Positions 20,798-31,730 are shown, numbered from the stretch's first letter. The stretch: 64,000 nt of DNA from an uncultured virus (IMG/VR IMGVR_UViG_2061766007_002278) (IMGVR_UViG_2061766007_002278); one strand, 5' to 3'. Numbers and translations: made by a program. Notes: generated from the letters alone by a model not told the origin.

Positions 20798-21154
20798 ATG
20801 ATTCCAACGAATGACGAAACATATATTATTAAATTATATAAAAGAATCCCAAACTCCGCTTATGAATACGAAAGAACCCCAAGCGCAACGTTTAGGGGTC
20901 GCCCTATGAACCAAGTCGAACAAAAAGAATTTAGAATTCAAAAGGGTGTAAATGGTGGATCGGATTCTTGCTATATAAAAGTAAGCAACCTTCCAAACAT
21001 AGTCAAGGATGGAGACAAGGTCGAGTTCATGGGCAAAATATGGACGGTAAAAAGCGTGGGCTATATATTCGACCAAGCTAGAATCGTCAATGCCTCGTGC
21101 TTAAGTGAGGAACAACTCGTGGCGCGATGCCCTAAAGGTATAAACGTCCAATAA
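20798..21154 (+). CDS. Head closure/stopper protein (putative)
   Basis: Beta-rich, VKDGDKVEFMGKIWTVKSV typical of SPP1 gp16-like proteins. Confidence 0.55.
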   Translation: MIPTNDETYIIKLYKRIPNSAYEYERTPSATFRGRPMNQVEQKEFRIQKGVNGGSDSCYIKVSNLPNIVKDGDKVEFMGKIWTVKSVGYIFDQARIVNASCLSEEQLVARCPKGINVQ

Positions 21155-21179
21155 AAACAGATCACAAAAGGAGAAAATA

Positions 21180-21551
21180 ATGCTTGATTTCAATTTAGAA
21201 CAAGTGGGCATAGAACTCACATCTAGAATTAAGCGTGCATCCTGGTTCCCCTATAAAAGTGGCAATTTGAAATTCAATGCCACGCAAGGGGCTATGTATG
21301 ATGCGCAGACTTTTAGAATCCACTTTGACTCTAGCGTTGCTCCTTACGTTCAATATTTAGAGGAAGGAACGGGGCCACACGATATACCTGGTGCTTTTGG
21401 TAGAAGGCTCCCATTTGGTATAGGTGGACGTTTTAATGGCAAGTTCCATCCAGGCTCTACCAAGCATCAAGGTTTTATTAGTGTAAAATGCGTGAATGAA
21501 ATCGTGAACTATATCGCAAGTAAATATGAAGGGCAGGTCGAAGTCGTATGA
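21180..21551 (+). CDS. HK97 gp10-like neck protein
   Basis: PYKSGNLK..APYVQYLEEGT..HPG motifs. Confidence 0.65.
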   Translation: MLDFNLEQVGIELTSRIKRASWFPYKSGNLKFNATQGAMYDAQTFRIHFDSSVAPYVQYLEEGTGPHDIPGAFGRRLPFGIGGRFNGKFHPGSTKHQGFISVKCVNEIVNYIASKYEGQVEVV

Positions 21552-22645
21552 TTTTAATTACTGAAGTCGCGGAGAAACTCCAAACAATACTTAACAATGC
21601 TTACAACCCAACGGGCTTATATTTTAGAGTAGAGACCGAGGGTTTTCATATTGACCATATTAAAGCCCCTTTTAATGGCGAAGAAACGAAAAACTTTATC
21701 CCGGTGTTCATTTATTCTATGGGTGGCCAATATAACCCTGTAAAGGGCTTAAAACAAGGGAATTATACGTTTGGCATTGCTTTCTACTTCCCGGTCTCCT
21801 TTAAAGAGCAAATGTTCGCGCTTAACGAATATTTAGTGGATGCCTTCGTTGGCGAAGTAATAAACTATGGCCCGATCAGTGGCAAAGCGGTCTCCAATAT
21901 TAGCGTGGCCCAATTTGGCGAGCTAGTAGGTGTCGACTTCGAGCAATTCCGCGTTTGGTGTTCTAATCTATACCAAAAGCCGATCGACGTAATGGATACC
22001 TATATGTCAATGAACATCAGCCTATATTTATCGAATGCCGCCGATGGCCTTTTATATGGCAATGACATCAAGACTTCCCTTTCGTTCACTTATGATGACA
22101 AAACCTATACATTGAGTGAAGTAGATATTGATGGCGCGAGTTTACAAAGCAACTCGCAAGCCCAAAGCGAACAAGAAGAAAACGCGCTCACACCAGAAAG
22201 CGACTCCTTGCCTTTTGGCACAACCTATGGCGCGAGTTTCAAAATATATCCAAATTTAAACGCGCAAGCTGAAGAGGCGGTTTCGTATAGCCAAGAATCT
22301 GGAACTTATGACCCAAATGCTATCTACTATCGCAAAAGTGAGGATGACTTTATCGAAATCGGTCAAATAAGTGAGGCCACTTATAATGGTTACCATAGTG
22401 CGAGTATTACTCTTTATGTGTCAGATGGTTATTACTACTTCTATCAAGAACTTTTAAAGATATGGCTTGCAGGCAATATCCAAGATTTAGAGTGTCAACT
22501 AACTTATACAATAGGCGACCCTTCCTATGGCTTGGTGTTTGCAAGAAAATGCTATATTCAATCCATCGTTGCGCCTATTGAAAAAGGCCAACTTTTCGCA
22601 CTTACTTTGACCTTCGCTAAAAAGGTCGAATTCGATGAGGAATAA
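21548..22645 (+). CDS. Tail structural protein (tail terminator/tube-like)
   Basis: Position. Homologue 58851..59951. Confidence 0.5.
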   Translation: MILITEVAEKLQTILNNAYNPTGLYFRVETEGFHIDHIKAPFNGEETKNFIPVFIYSMGGQYNPVKGLKQGNYTFGIAFYFPVSFKEQMFALNEYLVDAFVGEVINYGPISGKAVSNISVAQFGELVGVDFEQFRVWCSNLYQKPIDVMDTYMSMNISLYLSNAADGLLYGNDIKTSLSFTYDDKTYTLSEVDIDGASLQSNSQAQSEQEENALTPESDSLPFGTTYGASFKIYPNLNAQAEEAVSYSQESGTYDPNAIYYRKSEDDFIEIGQISEATYNGYHSASITLYVSDGYYYFYQELLKIWLAGNIQDLECQLTYTIGDPSYGLVFARKCYIQSIVAPIEKGQLFALTLTFAKKVEFDEE

Positions 22646-22647
22646 AT

Positions 22648-23157
22648 ATGGCAGATTATAATATTTATGTTCATGCAATAGGAACGGGCGGTTCTAACGC
22701 TTACAACCCAACCGTTCCCTGGAGCGCAAGGGAAGGTGGCGAAGGCTCATCCCAAACTGTATCGCAAAGTGGCGATGTTAGTGGTGGTGGAGCGGCACGC
22801 GCTATTATTAGGGCCGCAGGCTACGCACAAAACCCAGACTCGGCGGTTGGGAGTGCTTTTTCAAACGCTTTGAAGTCTATCCCTTACGTGGCCGCCGCTT
22901 TTGCAGTGGTAAAACTTGGCGAAACCATAATCGACAACGCGGTCGAATTTAAGGCATTAGAATCAGGCGATTTTAGAAGTCAAGTTTCATGGCAAAACTT
23001 AAAAACCAACCTTAATGTCGTCTTCCATCCTTTCTCTAGCTCTTGGAATAGTTTTAAAGTTAGAAGACAATGGGCCAGAGAAGATGCTCGTGCATCTCAA
23101 CAACGCGACCTTTTAGGCGATAGCGTTATAAATAGTTATACGAATAGAGGTGTTTAA
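22648..23157 (+). CDS. Small Gly/Ala-rich tail protein at the tape-measure position
   Basis: Hydrophobic Ala-rich segment. Homologue 59944..60464. Confidence 0.45.
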   Translation: MADYNIYVHAIGTGGSNAYNPTVPWSAREGGEGSSQTVSQSGDVSGGGAARAIIRAAGYAQNPDSAVGSAFSNALKSIPYVAAAFAVVKLGETIIDNAVEFKALESGDFRSQVSWQNLKTNLNVVFHPFSSSWNSFKVRRQWAREDARASQQRDLLGDSVINSYTNRGV

Positions 23158-26100
23158 TATGGAGATATATATTCAAAATAGCCAAGGCCAATGGATCGGC
23201 CAACGTTTCGAGATTCTTCCTAACAATACCCCAACGCTTGATGAAACTTTGGAGACGTTTTCTTTTGCGTTAATTTCAAATAATATCGCCAACCCGATCG
23301 CCCCAATGCAAAAGGTAAGGGTTTATTTTACTGTAAGCGAATACACCGACTTTTATATTGTAAGCGATAGCGTTGAGACCTATTCCCTTAAACCACTACG
23401 CTACAAGCACAGCGTTTCGTGTATCCAAAACACGCGCGTTCTTTCAAAGCACGTCGTTAGAAATAGTGTGTTTTCACAACCCGCTTATTTGCAAAAATCC
23501 TCATTCAATGCTACTAATGGCGAAATAGAATCCATCGACCAAGGCGACCCAATTACGTGGGGCCAAGTCTACGTCGACTCTTTGAATTGGGCGAGCGAAA
23601 AACTATCCCTCGACAATCACGAAAAAGTAAAAAACCCAAAGTTAGTTATTTCATTTCAATACAGTATAAATAGAACAAACGATAATCAAGATTATGTATA
23701 TGATGATGCGCATACAACAAACGATATTTTAGCAAAATCCACGCTTACCGACACGCTCGTATTTAACGATACTTTTACATTGCGCTATAAAGATGGGAAT
23801 GGGAACACCCAAACCGAAACAATAAACGCATCTACATTTGGAGTTTCAAAGCTAGATTTAAACGCAACTTATGAATTCCCAAGAATTAAGGCTTTGGCAG
23901 ATCAAGGATGCAATGATTTTGAAGTATTATTTAACTCCCTTGACGTTATTACAGGAACATGGGCGGTAATTGACCCTTATAGCCCACCACCTCTTCTTCA
24001 CAATATTCGCTACTATCAAATCCAAATTCAGATCGTGGCCGAGACTTATTATTGGTCGTGCTATGACGTATTAGATTTACTTATTAAAAGACAACAAAAG
24101 TTCACATCTATTAGGGGTGACAATCCTTTGTTTTTGTTGCCACAAAGCGGCGATTTATACGATTTATTAAAGAATACTATCGCTCCAAACTTCACGTTCA
24201 CACAACTTACTATGTATGAGTGCGTGGCGGAGGTATTTCGCGTGTTCGATGCCATATTTACTATGGATGAAAACGGAGTCCTTGGCATTGAGTATTTCAA
24301 TGATCTGAGTGGCGACTACCTAACAACCAAACAGAAACGCTTTACAGGGCGCACCCTAGCTCTTGGCGAGGATAAATATACCAATGGCCTCGTGGCCCAC
24401 TACCAAGATGCTCGAATCGTCGAGTCCTTCCCAAAAGAAGAGGGAACATTTGGCCCGGTTAGAAGTGTCGACTTTGGTGTCCCAGAGGCGCAAGATTTCA
24501 ATTTTATCGTTCCTCATAATATCGATATGGTTGTTAAATGTGAGGTTCTTGTTGACAAGTTTAATATTGACGATGGTGGTAGAGCAGAAAATGGCGACAC
24601 TTCGCTCGATATTACAAAGCACGTCGTGACCCAAGAAGTATGGTCCACATTAGATAAAAGCCCTTTAAGTGGCCAAGATTTCATCGATAGAAAAATAAAA
24701 CAAGCAAACACCATTTACTACGCTCGTGGCGATAACAAAATACAATTAGCCGCTACTTTCAAAAGTTCATGGGGCATTACTAAATACAACCTCTATGAGG
24801 CGGTTCAAATGGCCTTGTGTAGAAAAGCGGGCGCGAGCGCTGGTGTAGAATCTACAAACGATTTTAAGGCTAAATGGAGCAAGATAAAATTGCGACTCAC
24901 TTATATTGCGAGCGTAGATGGTAAAACAAAAGTCCACTCCCTAACAAATAAATATGATGGCGACACTTTAGTCGACCAAGCCAATGGTGCGGTTGATTTA
25001 AATAAAATGGGCTTAAATATGCTTGGCCTTTCTTTAAAACTTGGCAACCCAACTCTAAACACTACCCATAGAATCTCAACTTGGGCCGATCGTATTAGAG
25101 TGGGCCAACTCTACGAATACCAAGGCGCGCTTTGGGTCGCTAATGTAGTGAACTATACTTTCATCAATGGCTACGTCCAAGGCAAGGCCACGTTCGTTCA
25201 AAACTTTAATGCCCTAGCTTTGCGAACCCAATTACTACGTGAAAAGCGAATGTCCAATATTTCAAAAGAACTCGTGCAAAAAAGCGAGGAAGTAATAACC
25301 GATTTTTGCTATTTCTCAAGCGTAGATACAAACAACGTGGGTTTAAACATCCACTTTGATAGTGCAGAATTCCAAAACTTCGTGCGCGATTCATTTAAGT
25401 CCGATGGTCCATATAGCAAACTAAACGATGCCTTTATATATGATAGATACGAGGTTGACCTTACTAGAAAAGTCGATGCGATTTATATTCCAACCGTCCG
25501 TTATGGCGCGGGGAATACCATCAACCTCGAAATGGCCTTTGACCATCCAATGAACGCTGGGAATCAAACAAAGGTCGTTAGTAGTGGCACATGGCTTGGC
25601 GAGAACGTCGAGTTCTTTACTAACCACGTCGTTTATACAACCAACAACGACGACAAAATGATTATTTATTTAAGCGATAGCGACGACAAATTTAGTGCGG
25701 GCTTTATTGATAAAGTTAGCATCAACTTCCCAAAAACAACAAGCCAATATGACTCGAACTTTCCGATCGTTAATATTGATGCAAATAGGCCATTAGACCC
25801 AACTTTAAGTGGCTATATAAATATTATTAATTACGAAGTATATAAACAACCTAACGAGATATTTGCGCTTAATTATCAAATCGCTTTCTTGCCTTACCCA
25901 GGGCGCGAAAACACCGACTTCCTTGGGAGCGAATGGATTAATAACAATTGCTTTGTAAAGGATATCGACGAAAACAAGCGACAATTTTATGTAGTTTTTA
26001 AGAGCGAAAAAGCGAGTGCGTTAGACACGAAAGTAAGTGGCACTTTACTAGCAAACAAATTAGTTACTAGCTTAACGTTAAATAGTGGCCAAGACCACTT

Positions 26101-26269
26101 TAACATCGAATTTAACTTTAGCGCGATAAGTTCCGATCTATTAGAAAGCGCGGAATCATGGGCCATTATGGATGACAAAAGCAACGTCCTATTTGCCTCA
26201 AACTACGTCCAGGCTAACAATAACAAAGTCACCATTTATTTCTTTACTAGACCGACTCGTTTAACTTAG
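23150..26269 (+). CDS. Large tail/baseplate protein
   Basis: 1039 aa, beta-rich. Homologue from 60466. Confidence 0.6.
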   Translation: MFNMEIYIQNSQGQWIGQRFEILPNNTPTLDETLETFSFALISNNIANPIAPMQKVRVYFTVSEYTDFYIVSDSVETYSLKPLRYKHSVSCIQNTRVLSKHVVRNSVFSQPAYLQKSSFNATNGEIESIDQGDPITWGQVYVDSLNWASEKLSLDNHEKVKNPKLVISFQYSINRTNDNQDYVYDDAHTTNDILAKSTLTDTLVFNDTFTLRYKDGNGNTQTETINASTFGVSKLDLNATYEFPRIKALADQGCNDFEVLFNSLDVITGTWAVIDPYSPPPLLHNIRYYQIQIQIVAETYYWSCYDVLDLLIKRQQKFTSIRGDNPLFLLPQSGDLYDLLKNTIAPNFTFTQLTMYECVAEVFRVFDAIFTMDENGVLGIEYFNDLSGDYLTTKQKRFTGRTLALGEDKYTNGLVAHYQDARIVESFPKEEGTFGPVRSVDFGVPEAQDFNFIVPHNIDMVVKCEVLVDKFNIDDGGRAENGDTSLDITKHVVTQEVWSTLDKSPLSGQDFIDRKIKQANTIYYARGDNKIQLAATFKSSWGITKYNLYEAVQMALCRKAGASAGVESTNDFKAKWSKIKLRLTYIASVDGKTKVHSLTNKYDGDTLVDQANGAVDLNKMGLNMLGLSLKLGNPTLNTTHRISTWADRIRVGQLYEYQGALWVANVVNYTFINGYVQGKATFVQNFNALALRTQLLREKRMSNISKELVQKSEEVITDFCYFSSVDTNNVGLNIHFDSAEFQNFVRDSFKSDGPYSKLNDAFIYDRYEVDLTRKVDAIYIPTVRYGAGNTINLEMAFDHPMNAGNQTKVVSSGTWLGENVEFFTNHVVYTTNNDDKMIIYLSDSDDKFSAGFIDKVSINFPKTTSQYDSNFPIVNIDANRPLDPTLSGYINIINYEVYKQPNEIFALNYQIAFLPYPGRENTDFLGSEWINNNCFVKDIDENKRQFYVVFKSEKASALDTKVSGTLLANKLVTSLTLNSGQDHFNIEFNFSAISSDLLESAESWAIMDDKSNVLFASNYVQANNNKVTIYFFTRPTRLT

Positions 26270-26336
26270 GTTCTATTATATTTATTTGTTTTATGTTAAA
26301 TTAATTTATAGATAACAATAATAAGGAGCGCGAAAC

Positions 26337-27374
26337 ATGAATTATATATTATTCAATAGCGATGGTTCTATTAAAAAAACAAACTTCACGGATAGTATCC
26401 AACAAAACGATGATGGTTCTAATTCCATTTTTGTTTCTGTTGATGGGTTAGATTTCTCAGCCTATACAGCAGTGGGGGTTTTCGTATTACCTGATGGAAC
26501 GGTATCCGAGGAAGGCGCAGATTTCGAGTCCGACTACGAATACGCAAGTGGCGAAACCGCCGATGGCTTTGTAATAACCATTACCTTAAACGAAACTAAA
26601 CTCGCCGGGATTGTGTTCCTTACTTTGCAAATTATCGAAGATGCGACCAATAAAACAAAATATACTTATCGCGTGGCCCTTACAGTAAACAAAACCGCCG
26701 ACCTTGCTAGTGTGACCTTAATCACGTTGGCGCAATATAACGCGCTTAAATCTTACATTGACTCCAACTTTATTAAAGACAATGGTTCTTATGTGCCATA
26801 TTCTGGAGCAACAAGCGACGTTGATTTAGGGACACACACCTTGGCAACCCCAAAAATTATCAAAAATTCTCATTATATCGAATTAGATAATGCGAGCCAT
26901 GAGCTAGAATTTAGTGGCAGTGGAACATATAGATTCTATGGCGACACAGGAGATATCATTTTCGATACTACCAACCTCAATAATTCGCGCACTTATCAAT
27001 TCCCAGACAAAAACGGAACGCTCGCCACAATGGAGGACTTGCCTAAAAAGAATCTCATTGGCACATTCAATACTTCTTCGTTTGTAAATGGTGGCTCTAA
27101 CTATTCAATAAGCGATGTCGCGTTGAGTGGTTTTATCGCTAACTCCGATCTATTAATTATTACTTGGGACAATTGCTTTGCTATATGTCCAATTCCTCAA
27201 AGCGGCCCTGGTAGAGTTTGCGCGGCCATGTGGAATAGTAATGGCGAGGCGCAAGTTATCCGCATTAGATACGAACTAAAGGACAACAACACTAAACTCG
27301 ATATTAGTTTACAAGGTGGATTCACACCGCCTACAAACCACACCGCTTATATTTTCAATTATAAACTCGTTTAA
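26337..27374 (+). CDS. Tail fibre / receptor-binding protein (BppU-like N-terminus)
   Basis: Position. Fibre-type repeats YVPYSGATSDVDLG and RTYQFPDKNGTLAT. Confidence 0.6.
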   Translation: MNYILFNSDGSIKKTNFTDSIQQNDDGSNSIFVSVDGLDFSAYTAVGVFVLPDGTVSEEGADFESDYEYASGETADGFVITITLNETKLAGIVFLTLQIIEDATNKTKYTYRVALTVNKTADLASVTLITLAQYNALKSYIDSNFIKDNGSYVPYSGATSDVDLGTHTLATPKIIKNSHYIELDNASHELEFSGSGTYRFYGDTGDIIFDTTNLNNSRTYQFPDKNGTLATMEDLPKKNLIGTFNTSSFVNGGSNYSISDVALSGFIANSDLLIITWDNCFAICPIPQSGPGRVCAAMWNSNGEAQVIRIRYELKDNNTKLDISLQGGFTPPTNHTAYIFNYKLV

Positions 27375-27385
27375 GGAGGCACTTT

Positions 27386-27592
27386 ATGGCTAAAAAGTTT
27401 ATTAGATTAGTGTTTGAAAAAAAGACCATTGCAGTATGCCCGGTGGAAGAAGTAGAATCCGCCACTGACTTTTTAAAGTTACAGAAAGAGGCATTCCAAA
27501 ATAGTGTCCAACTTTTAAAGCGCATCAAGGAAGGCGAGGAACGTATCGCCAAGCTAGAAAAAGAAGTCAGAATTCTCAAAGGGGAGGACTAA
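27386..27592 (+). CDS. Small coiled-coil protein
   Basis: RBS AAGGAGG. ERIAKLEKEVRILKG. Confidence 0.55.
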   Translation: MAKKFIRLVFEKKTIAVCPVEEVESATDFLKLQKEAFQNSVQLLKRIKEGEERIAKLEKEVRILKGED

Positions 27593-27595
27593 ACT

Positions 27596-28240
27596 ATGGA
27601 TTGGAGTCAATTCACGCATTATATAGACAAGTTTACAAACAAGCCACTTGTATATGGCATTTTTATCGTTCTCGTTTCGTTTGCGTGCGCGTTTATTCTA
27701 TTCTCACAGACTAGCATTGGCAAAAAGGCGATTAACAAAGCCATCTCTTTACATAAAGAAAGCGTAAAAAAAGCCAACGACACGCTTAAAAAGGTCGAAG
27801 ATGTAGAAACACTCGCAAAAGAAAAAATCGAGGCTCTAACAGCCCAATACGAGCAAAAGGCCCAAGAATTAGAACAAGCGTATCAACAAAAGGTCGCCAC
27901 AATAGTTTCTATTTTGAATTATAACGAGGAATACCTCTTTAAAATTTTAGAACTAATCCCAAACGCGAAGGTTCAAAACGAACTCGTGACTTTTAAAGAA
28001 AATTACAACCAAAAGAAAGAAGAAATCTCCGGTGTTGTTGGTTTGCTATATAGCGACTTTGATGCCACTATCGAAATCATCAAAAACGATGTGCGCAACG
28101 AATACGAAGAAAAGATCGGATTTTTAGAAAATCAACTCGCGACTTTACAACTTTACTTTAATGAACTAAAGAAGGAGGAGTCAAACGATGGCCAAAGAGA
28201 AGAAGAAACTAACTCCAACCCAACAGAAGAGACGTTATAA
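27596..28240 (+). CDS. Membrane-anchored coiled-coil protein
   Basis: One N-terminal hydrophobic helix then a long helical region. Confidence 0.6.
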   Translation: MDWSQFTHYIDKFTNKPLVYGIFIVLVSFACAFILFSQTSIGKKAINKAISLHKESVKKANDTLKKVEDVETLAKEKIEALTAQYEQKAQELEQAYQQKVATIVSILNYNEEYLFKILELIPNAKVQNELVTFKENYNQKKEEISGVVGLLYSDFDATIEIIKNDVRNEYEEKIGFLENQLATLQLYFNELKKEESNDGQREEETNSNPTEETL

Positions 28241-28715
28241 AGCCCTTTCACAAGTTTGTAATTGGGGTCAATGGGTAAGTTTAATCGCGCCTTTTATAAC
28301 GATCGGGCTTGTCAACTTTAATGACTACTTCGTGGAATACGATGGGTGGAAGATTAGCATCGCCGGGGTTTTGGCCGCTTTCGTAATGGGTGTGATAGTC
28401 TTTACTATCGTCAACAAGAAAATCAAGAACTCGTATGGGCCGATCATTATTAGGGTCGCCATCATCGTTGCGATTTTATTCCTTGTTGAGCGTATAGTTT
28501 ATGATTTAAAATATATTATGTTATTCACGCTCCTTGGCCTATTTGGTGCGTTAGCCCTAGAAAAAGAAAGCGAAAACCTCCAAAACAAAGCCAACAAGGT
28601 CCAAGAAGGAATCGAAAGCGCAGAAAAGCGCATGACCGAGGAGGCATACCTTGAGGAAGTCAAGGAGAAGGAAGAAAAGAAAACCATAAAAATCAAAGTG
28701 AGAAAGGATGAGTAA
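28188..28715 (+). CDS. Multi-pass membrane protein (holin-like candidate)
   Basis: About four hydrophobic helices and charged termini. Confidence 0.55.
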   Translation: MAKEKKKLTPTQQKRRYKALSQVCNWGQWVSLIAPFITIGLVNFNDYFVEYDGWKISIAGVLAAFVMGVIVFTIVNKKIKNSYGPIIIRVAIIVAILFLVERIVYDLKYIMLFTLLGLFGALALEKESENLQNKANKVQEGIESAEKRMTEEAYLEEVKEKEEKKTIKIKVRKDE

Positions 28716-28717
28716 TT

Positions 28718-29791
28718 ATGGGAGTATATGAAGGAGTAAACACAATCAACGATACACTAGACTCGGTTAGTGGTTTAGTGGCTACAAAAAAAGAATTTAT
28801 TATCAAGCAAACCGCAAACTCGGTCTTGCTTTTTGTTATTCTAATTGTATTTGGGTGCTTGGACTTTGCCACGTTAGAGTTTCATGGCGAATATTTACTT
28901 ACTGCGAATTATTGGGCGACGATCGGAACTAAAATGGTGGCCGCTATTTGCGCCCTCAATATTGGCATTAATATGATGTTAGATAACGAAATCAAAAAAA
29001 GCGAGGCTTTGCAAAGAAACATCAACCTTTACAACCGCTTAATAGTAAAAAAAGACACCGATTTTGAATACTACGTCACGAGGGTATATAATCCCCAACT
29101 AAAAGCCAAGACATACCGTAGTAAAATCAACCACGAGATTTATTTACTTAATAGGTTTTCACGCAAAAAAGACCGCTTGCTATATTCGAGTGAATTACCA
29201 GAAATGCAAGACAAAAAAAAGAAAAATAGATATTGTATAAAGCGCGCGCAATTAGAGGAACTAAAAAGCGATGCCTATATTGAAAAAAACATCGACTCTA
29301 TTGCCGTCAAATACTACGAAGTCGACCCGGCGGTTTTCGAGCTAGAAATCAATGGCGCGCAAAAAAGCAATGGTGTGAAGGTAACCGGTAACATAACGCT
29401 TGGCCGAGCTAGAGAATCATCCACTATTATCATGTCTATGCTTTTAATTTCTATGATGACCACTTCCTTTGGCCTTGCGGTTAGTAAAGAGGAGTTTGAA
29501 AACAACGTCATCGCCTTTTGGCACTATTGCCTAAAAGCGGTCGAAGACGTAGGTGTGGTGCTTTGGCAATTTTTCAATGGAACTATACGCACACGCAAAA
29601 TCGTCTCCAAAGAACTAACACAACCTTACGCGGGAAGAAACGAAGTCTTGCAGGCTTATATAAATTGGCGCGTAGAAAATAAAGCGAAAGAAAGCCACGT
29701 CGCTAAAGAACTAAAAGCGGACGATGGTGTCCTAGAAGTTAGCGAAGACGAATATAAAGAAATATTAGAAAAACAAAAAGAGCCAATTTAA
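28718..29791 (+). CDS. Membrane protein with large soluble loop
   Basis: Hydrophobic helices near both ends. Last gene of the late arm. Confidence 0.55.
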   Translation: MGVYEGVNTINDTLDSVSGLVATKKEFIIKQTANSVLLFVILIVFGCLDFATLEFHGEYLLTANYWATIGTKMVAAICALNIGINMMLDNEIKKSEALQRNINLYNRLIVKKDTDFEYYVTRVYNPQLKAKTYRSKINHEIYLLNRFSRKKDRLLYSSELPEMQDKKKKNRYCIKRAQLEELKSDAYIEKNIDSIAVKYYEVDPAVFELEINGAQKSNGVKVTGNITLGRARESSTIIMSMLLISMMTTSFGLAVSKEEFENNVIAFWHYCLKAVEDVGVVLWQFFNGTIRTRKIVSKELTQPYAGRNEVLQAYINWRVENKAKESHVAKELKADDGVLEVSEDEYKEILEKQKEPI

Positions 29792-29970
29792 GGCCCTTTN
29801 NNNNNNNNNAGCATATATTAATTGGCGCGTAGAAAACAAAGCGAAAGAAAGCCACGTCGCTAAAGAACTAAAAGCTGACGACGGTGTCCTGGAAGTTAGC
29901 GAAGATGAATATAAAGAAATATTAGAAAAACAAAAAGAGCCAATTTAAGGCCCTTTTTTCTTGGGTTCGA

Positions 29971-30954
29971 CTATTTTATCAAGTCGAAGAATAACGATGG
30001 CTCTGGCCCACCAATGAGGCCCCATTCAGCGAATTTCTCAAAGCCGCCATACTTTTCAAGGTATTTTCTGGCGATGGCTACGATTTCACCATAAGGTTTG
30101 CCATCAATAAACTCGTCTCCGATCGCGCAACATAACTCGACGGTCTTTCCTAGCTTTTGCGCTTTAAGGAACGCATAGATATTAACGCTCACGTCTGCTT
30201 TAGTGAGGTCCTTACCATGAAGGCCACCACCCGTAACGCTTGCGCCCATATCCGATCCAAGTTTTCTATTAGTCGCGCCGGCATCCACGTTGCTACCACC
30301 CGTCCAATCGCCAATTGGGTTTACTTCCGCAAATGGCCACTNNNNNNNNNNACCACACTTTTTAATGTAGTTTTTGGCGATGGCTACGATTTCACCATAA
30401 GGTTTGCCATCAATAAACTCATCTCCGATCGCGCAACATAACTCGACGGTCTTTCCTAGCTTTTGCGCTTTAAGGAACGCGTAGATATTAACGCTCACGT
30501 CTGCTTTAGTGAGGTCCTTCCCATGAAGGCCACCACCTGTAACGCTTGCGCCCATATCCGATCCAAGTTTTCTATTAGTCGCGCCGGAATCCACGTCGCT
30601 ACCACCCGTCCAATCGCCAATTGGGTTTACTTCCGCAAATGGCCACTNNNNNNNNNNTATACCATTATCGCCACAACGGAAGTGGCCCGCTTGATTATGA
30701 GCTAGATGCACGTCTTGAGGCACGTGAATATATTTTATTTTATTAATATTAGCGATGCGCCATACAACTTCCTTAACAAGGCTCTTTGCAATATGGACAC
30801 TCGATTCGACGATAATAGTCGCGTGGTTATGGCCGATCAATACTTCGACCGCGATTTTTGGGTTTGGCGCGTGAGCGTAGGCCAAATCTACGATTGCACC
30901 CGCGATTCTATCTGCTACTTTATCGGGGTGGCTTGGGTTTACTTTTTCAAACAT
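29971..30954 (-). CDS. metK: S-adenosylmethionine synthetase (gapped, internally duplicated in the assembly)
   Basis: EKVNPSHPDKVADRI, GDNG, GATNRK and GGGLHGKDLTKAD motifs. Confidence 0.85.
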   Translation of the reverse strand: MFEKVNPSHPDKVADRIAGAIVDLAYAHAPNPKIAVEVLIGHNHATIIVESSVHIAKSLVKEVVWRIANINKIKYIHVPQDVHLAHNQAGHFRCGDNGIXXXXWPFAEVNPIGDWTGGSDVDSGATNRKLGSDMGASVTGGGLHGKDLTKADVSVNIYAFLKAQKLGKTVELCCAIGDEFIDGKPYGEIVAIAKNYIKKCGXXXXWPFAEVNPIGDWTGGSNVDAGATNRKLGSDMGASVTGGGLHGKDLTKADVSVNIYAFLKAQKLGKTVELCCAIGDEFIDGKPYGEIVAIARKYLEKYGGFEKFAEWGLIGGPEPSLFFDLIK

Positions 30955-30992
30955 AGGTTTACTCCTTCTTTTTTAAATAGTTTATCACAATA

Positions 30993-31196
30993 TTAAAGGC
31001 AATCATATCCGCCTTTTTTAAAATGTTCTATTACCGATGGTGTGATTTTGGCATCGCCTTTTAGCACACGCTCGATGTATTGGCGCGAACAGCCACAACC
31101 TTTAGCGAATTTATTAACGGTTAGGTTTTTATCTACTAACCATTTTTTAAAGCGTGTGTGCGCCTGTTTTGTAATGAAATATCCGTCTTTTTTCAT
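30993..31196 (-). CDS. XRE-family HTH regulator
   Basis: LTVNKFAKGCGCSRQYIERVLKG. Confidence 0.65.
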   Translation of the reverse strand: MKKDGYFITKQAHTRFKKWLVDKNLTVNKFAKGCGCSRQYIERVLKGDAKITPSVIEHFKKGGYDCL

Positions 31197-31220
31197 TTTT
31201 GTTTCCTTTCTTTGATTTTG

Positions 31221-31730
31221 TTAAATAGTGCTTTGATTCCGATCGTAAGGCTCATGCATATTACGAGGAAGGGTGTCCCTGGTCCTAACCAGAATATCCA
31301 ACAAGCGGAGGCAAACGATAGCAAGGCAATGCGCCACCCTTCGTTGCTCCAAAATATGAAAGCTAGTAAATAAGGAACNNNNNNNNNNAATCGTAAGGCT
31401 CATGCATATTACGAGGAATGGTGTCCCTGGCCCTAACCAGAATATCCAACAAGCGGAGGCGAACGATAGCAACGCGATGCGCCACCCTTCGTTGCTCCAA
31501 AATATGAAAGCTAGTAAATAAGGAACCCATACTTCGCTTGATACTACCACGCAAACGATAATGAATATGATGGCGGTGCGCCAATCCCTGATGTTATAAA
31601 ATATCCAAACCCAGGGGAAGGCTATGAAATACCACACCCACTTCCAGAATCGGCGGCCTTTGCGAGGTTCTGCTTTGATGCGTTCTTTCCATTTGGTTTG
31701 GGCGGCATCATATTTTTCTTTTATCGACAT
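31221..31730 (-). CDS. Small membrane protein (3' end duplicated across N-gap)
   Basis: Trp-rich hydrophobic helices. Confidence 0.55.
   Translation of the reverse strand: MSIKEKYDAAQTKWKERIKAEPRKGRRFWKWVWYFIAFPWVWIFYNIRDWRTAIIFIIVCVVVSSEVWVPYLLAFIFWSNEGWRIALLSFASACWIFWLGPGTPFLVICMSLTIXXXXSLFTSFHILEQRRVAHCLAIVCLRLLDILVRTRDTLPRNMHEPYDRNQSTI

Noticed and set aside
29811..30650. Duplicated gene end (29811-29956) and duplicated metK segment
   Set aside because: Adjacent to N-gaps with SNP-level differences. Allelic variants collapsed into the scaffold.
31240..31530. Tandem duplication in the membrane protein gene
   Set aside because: Flanks an N-gap. Assembly artefact.
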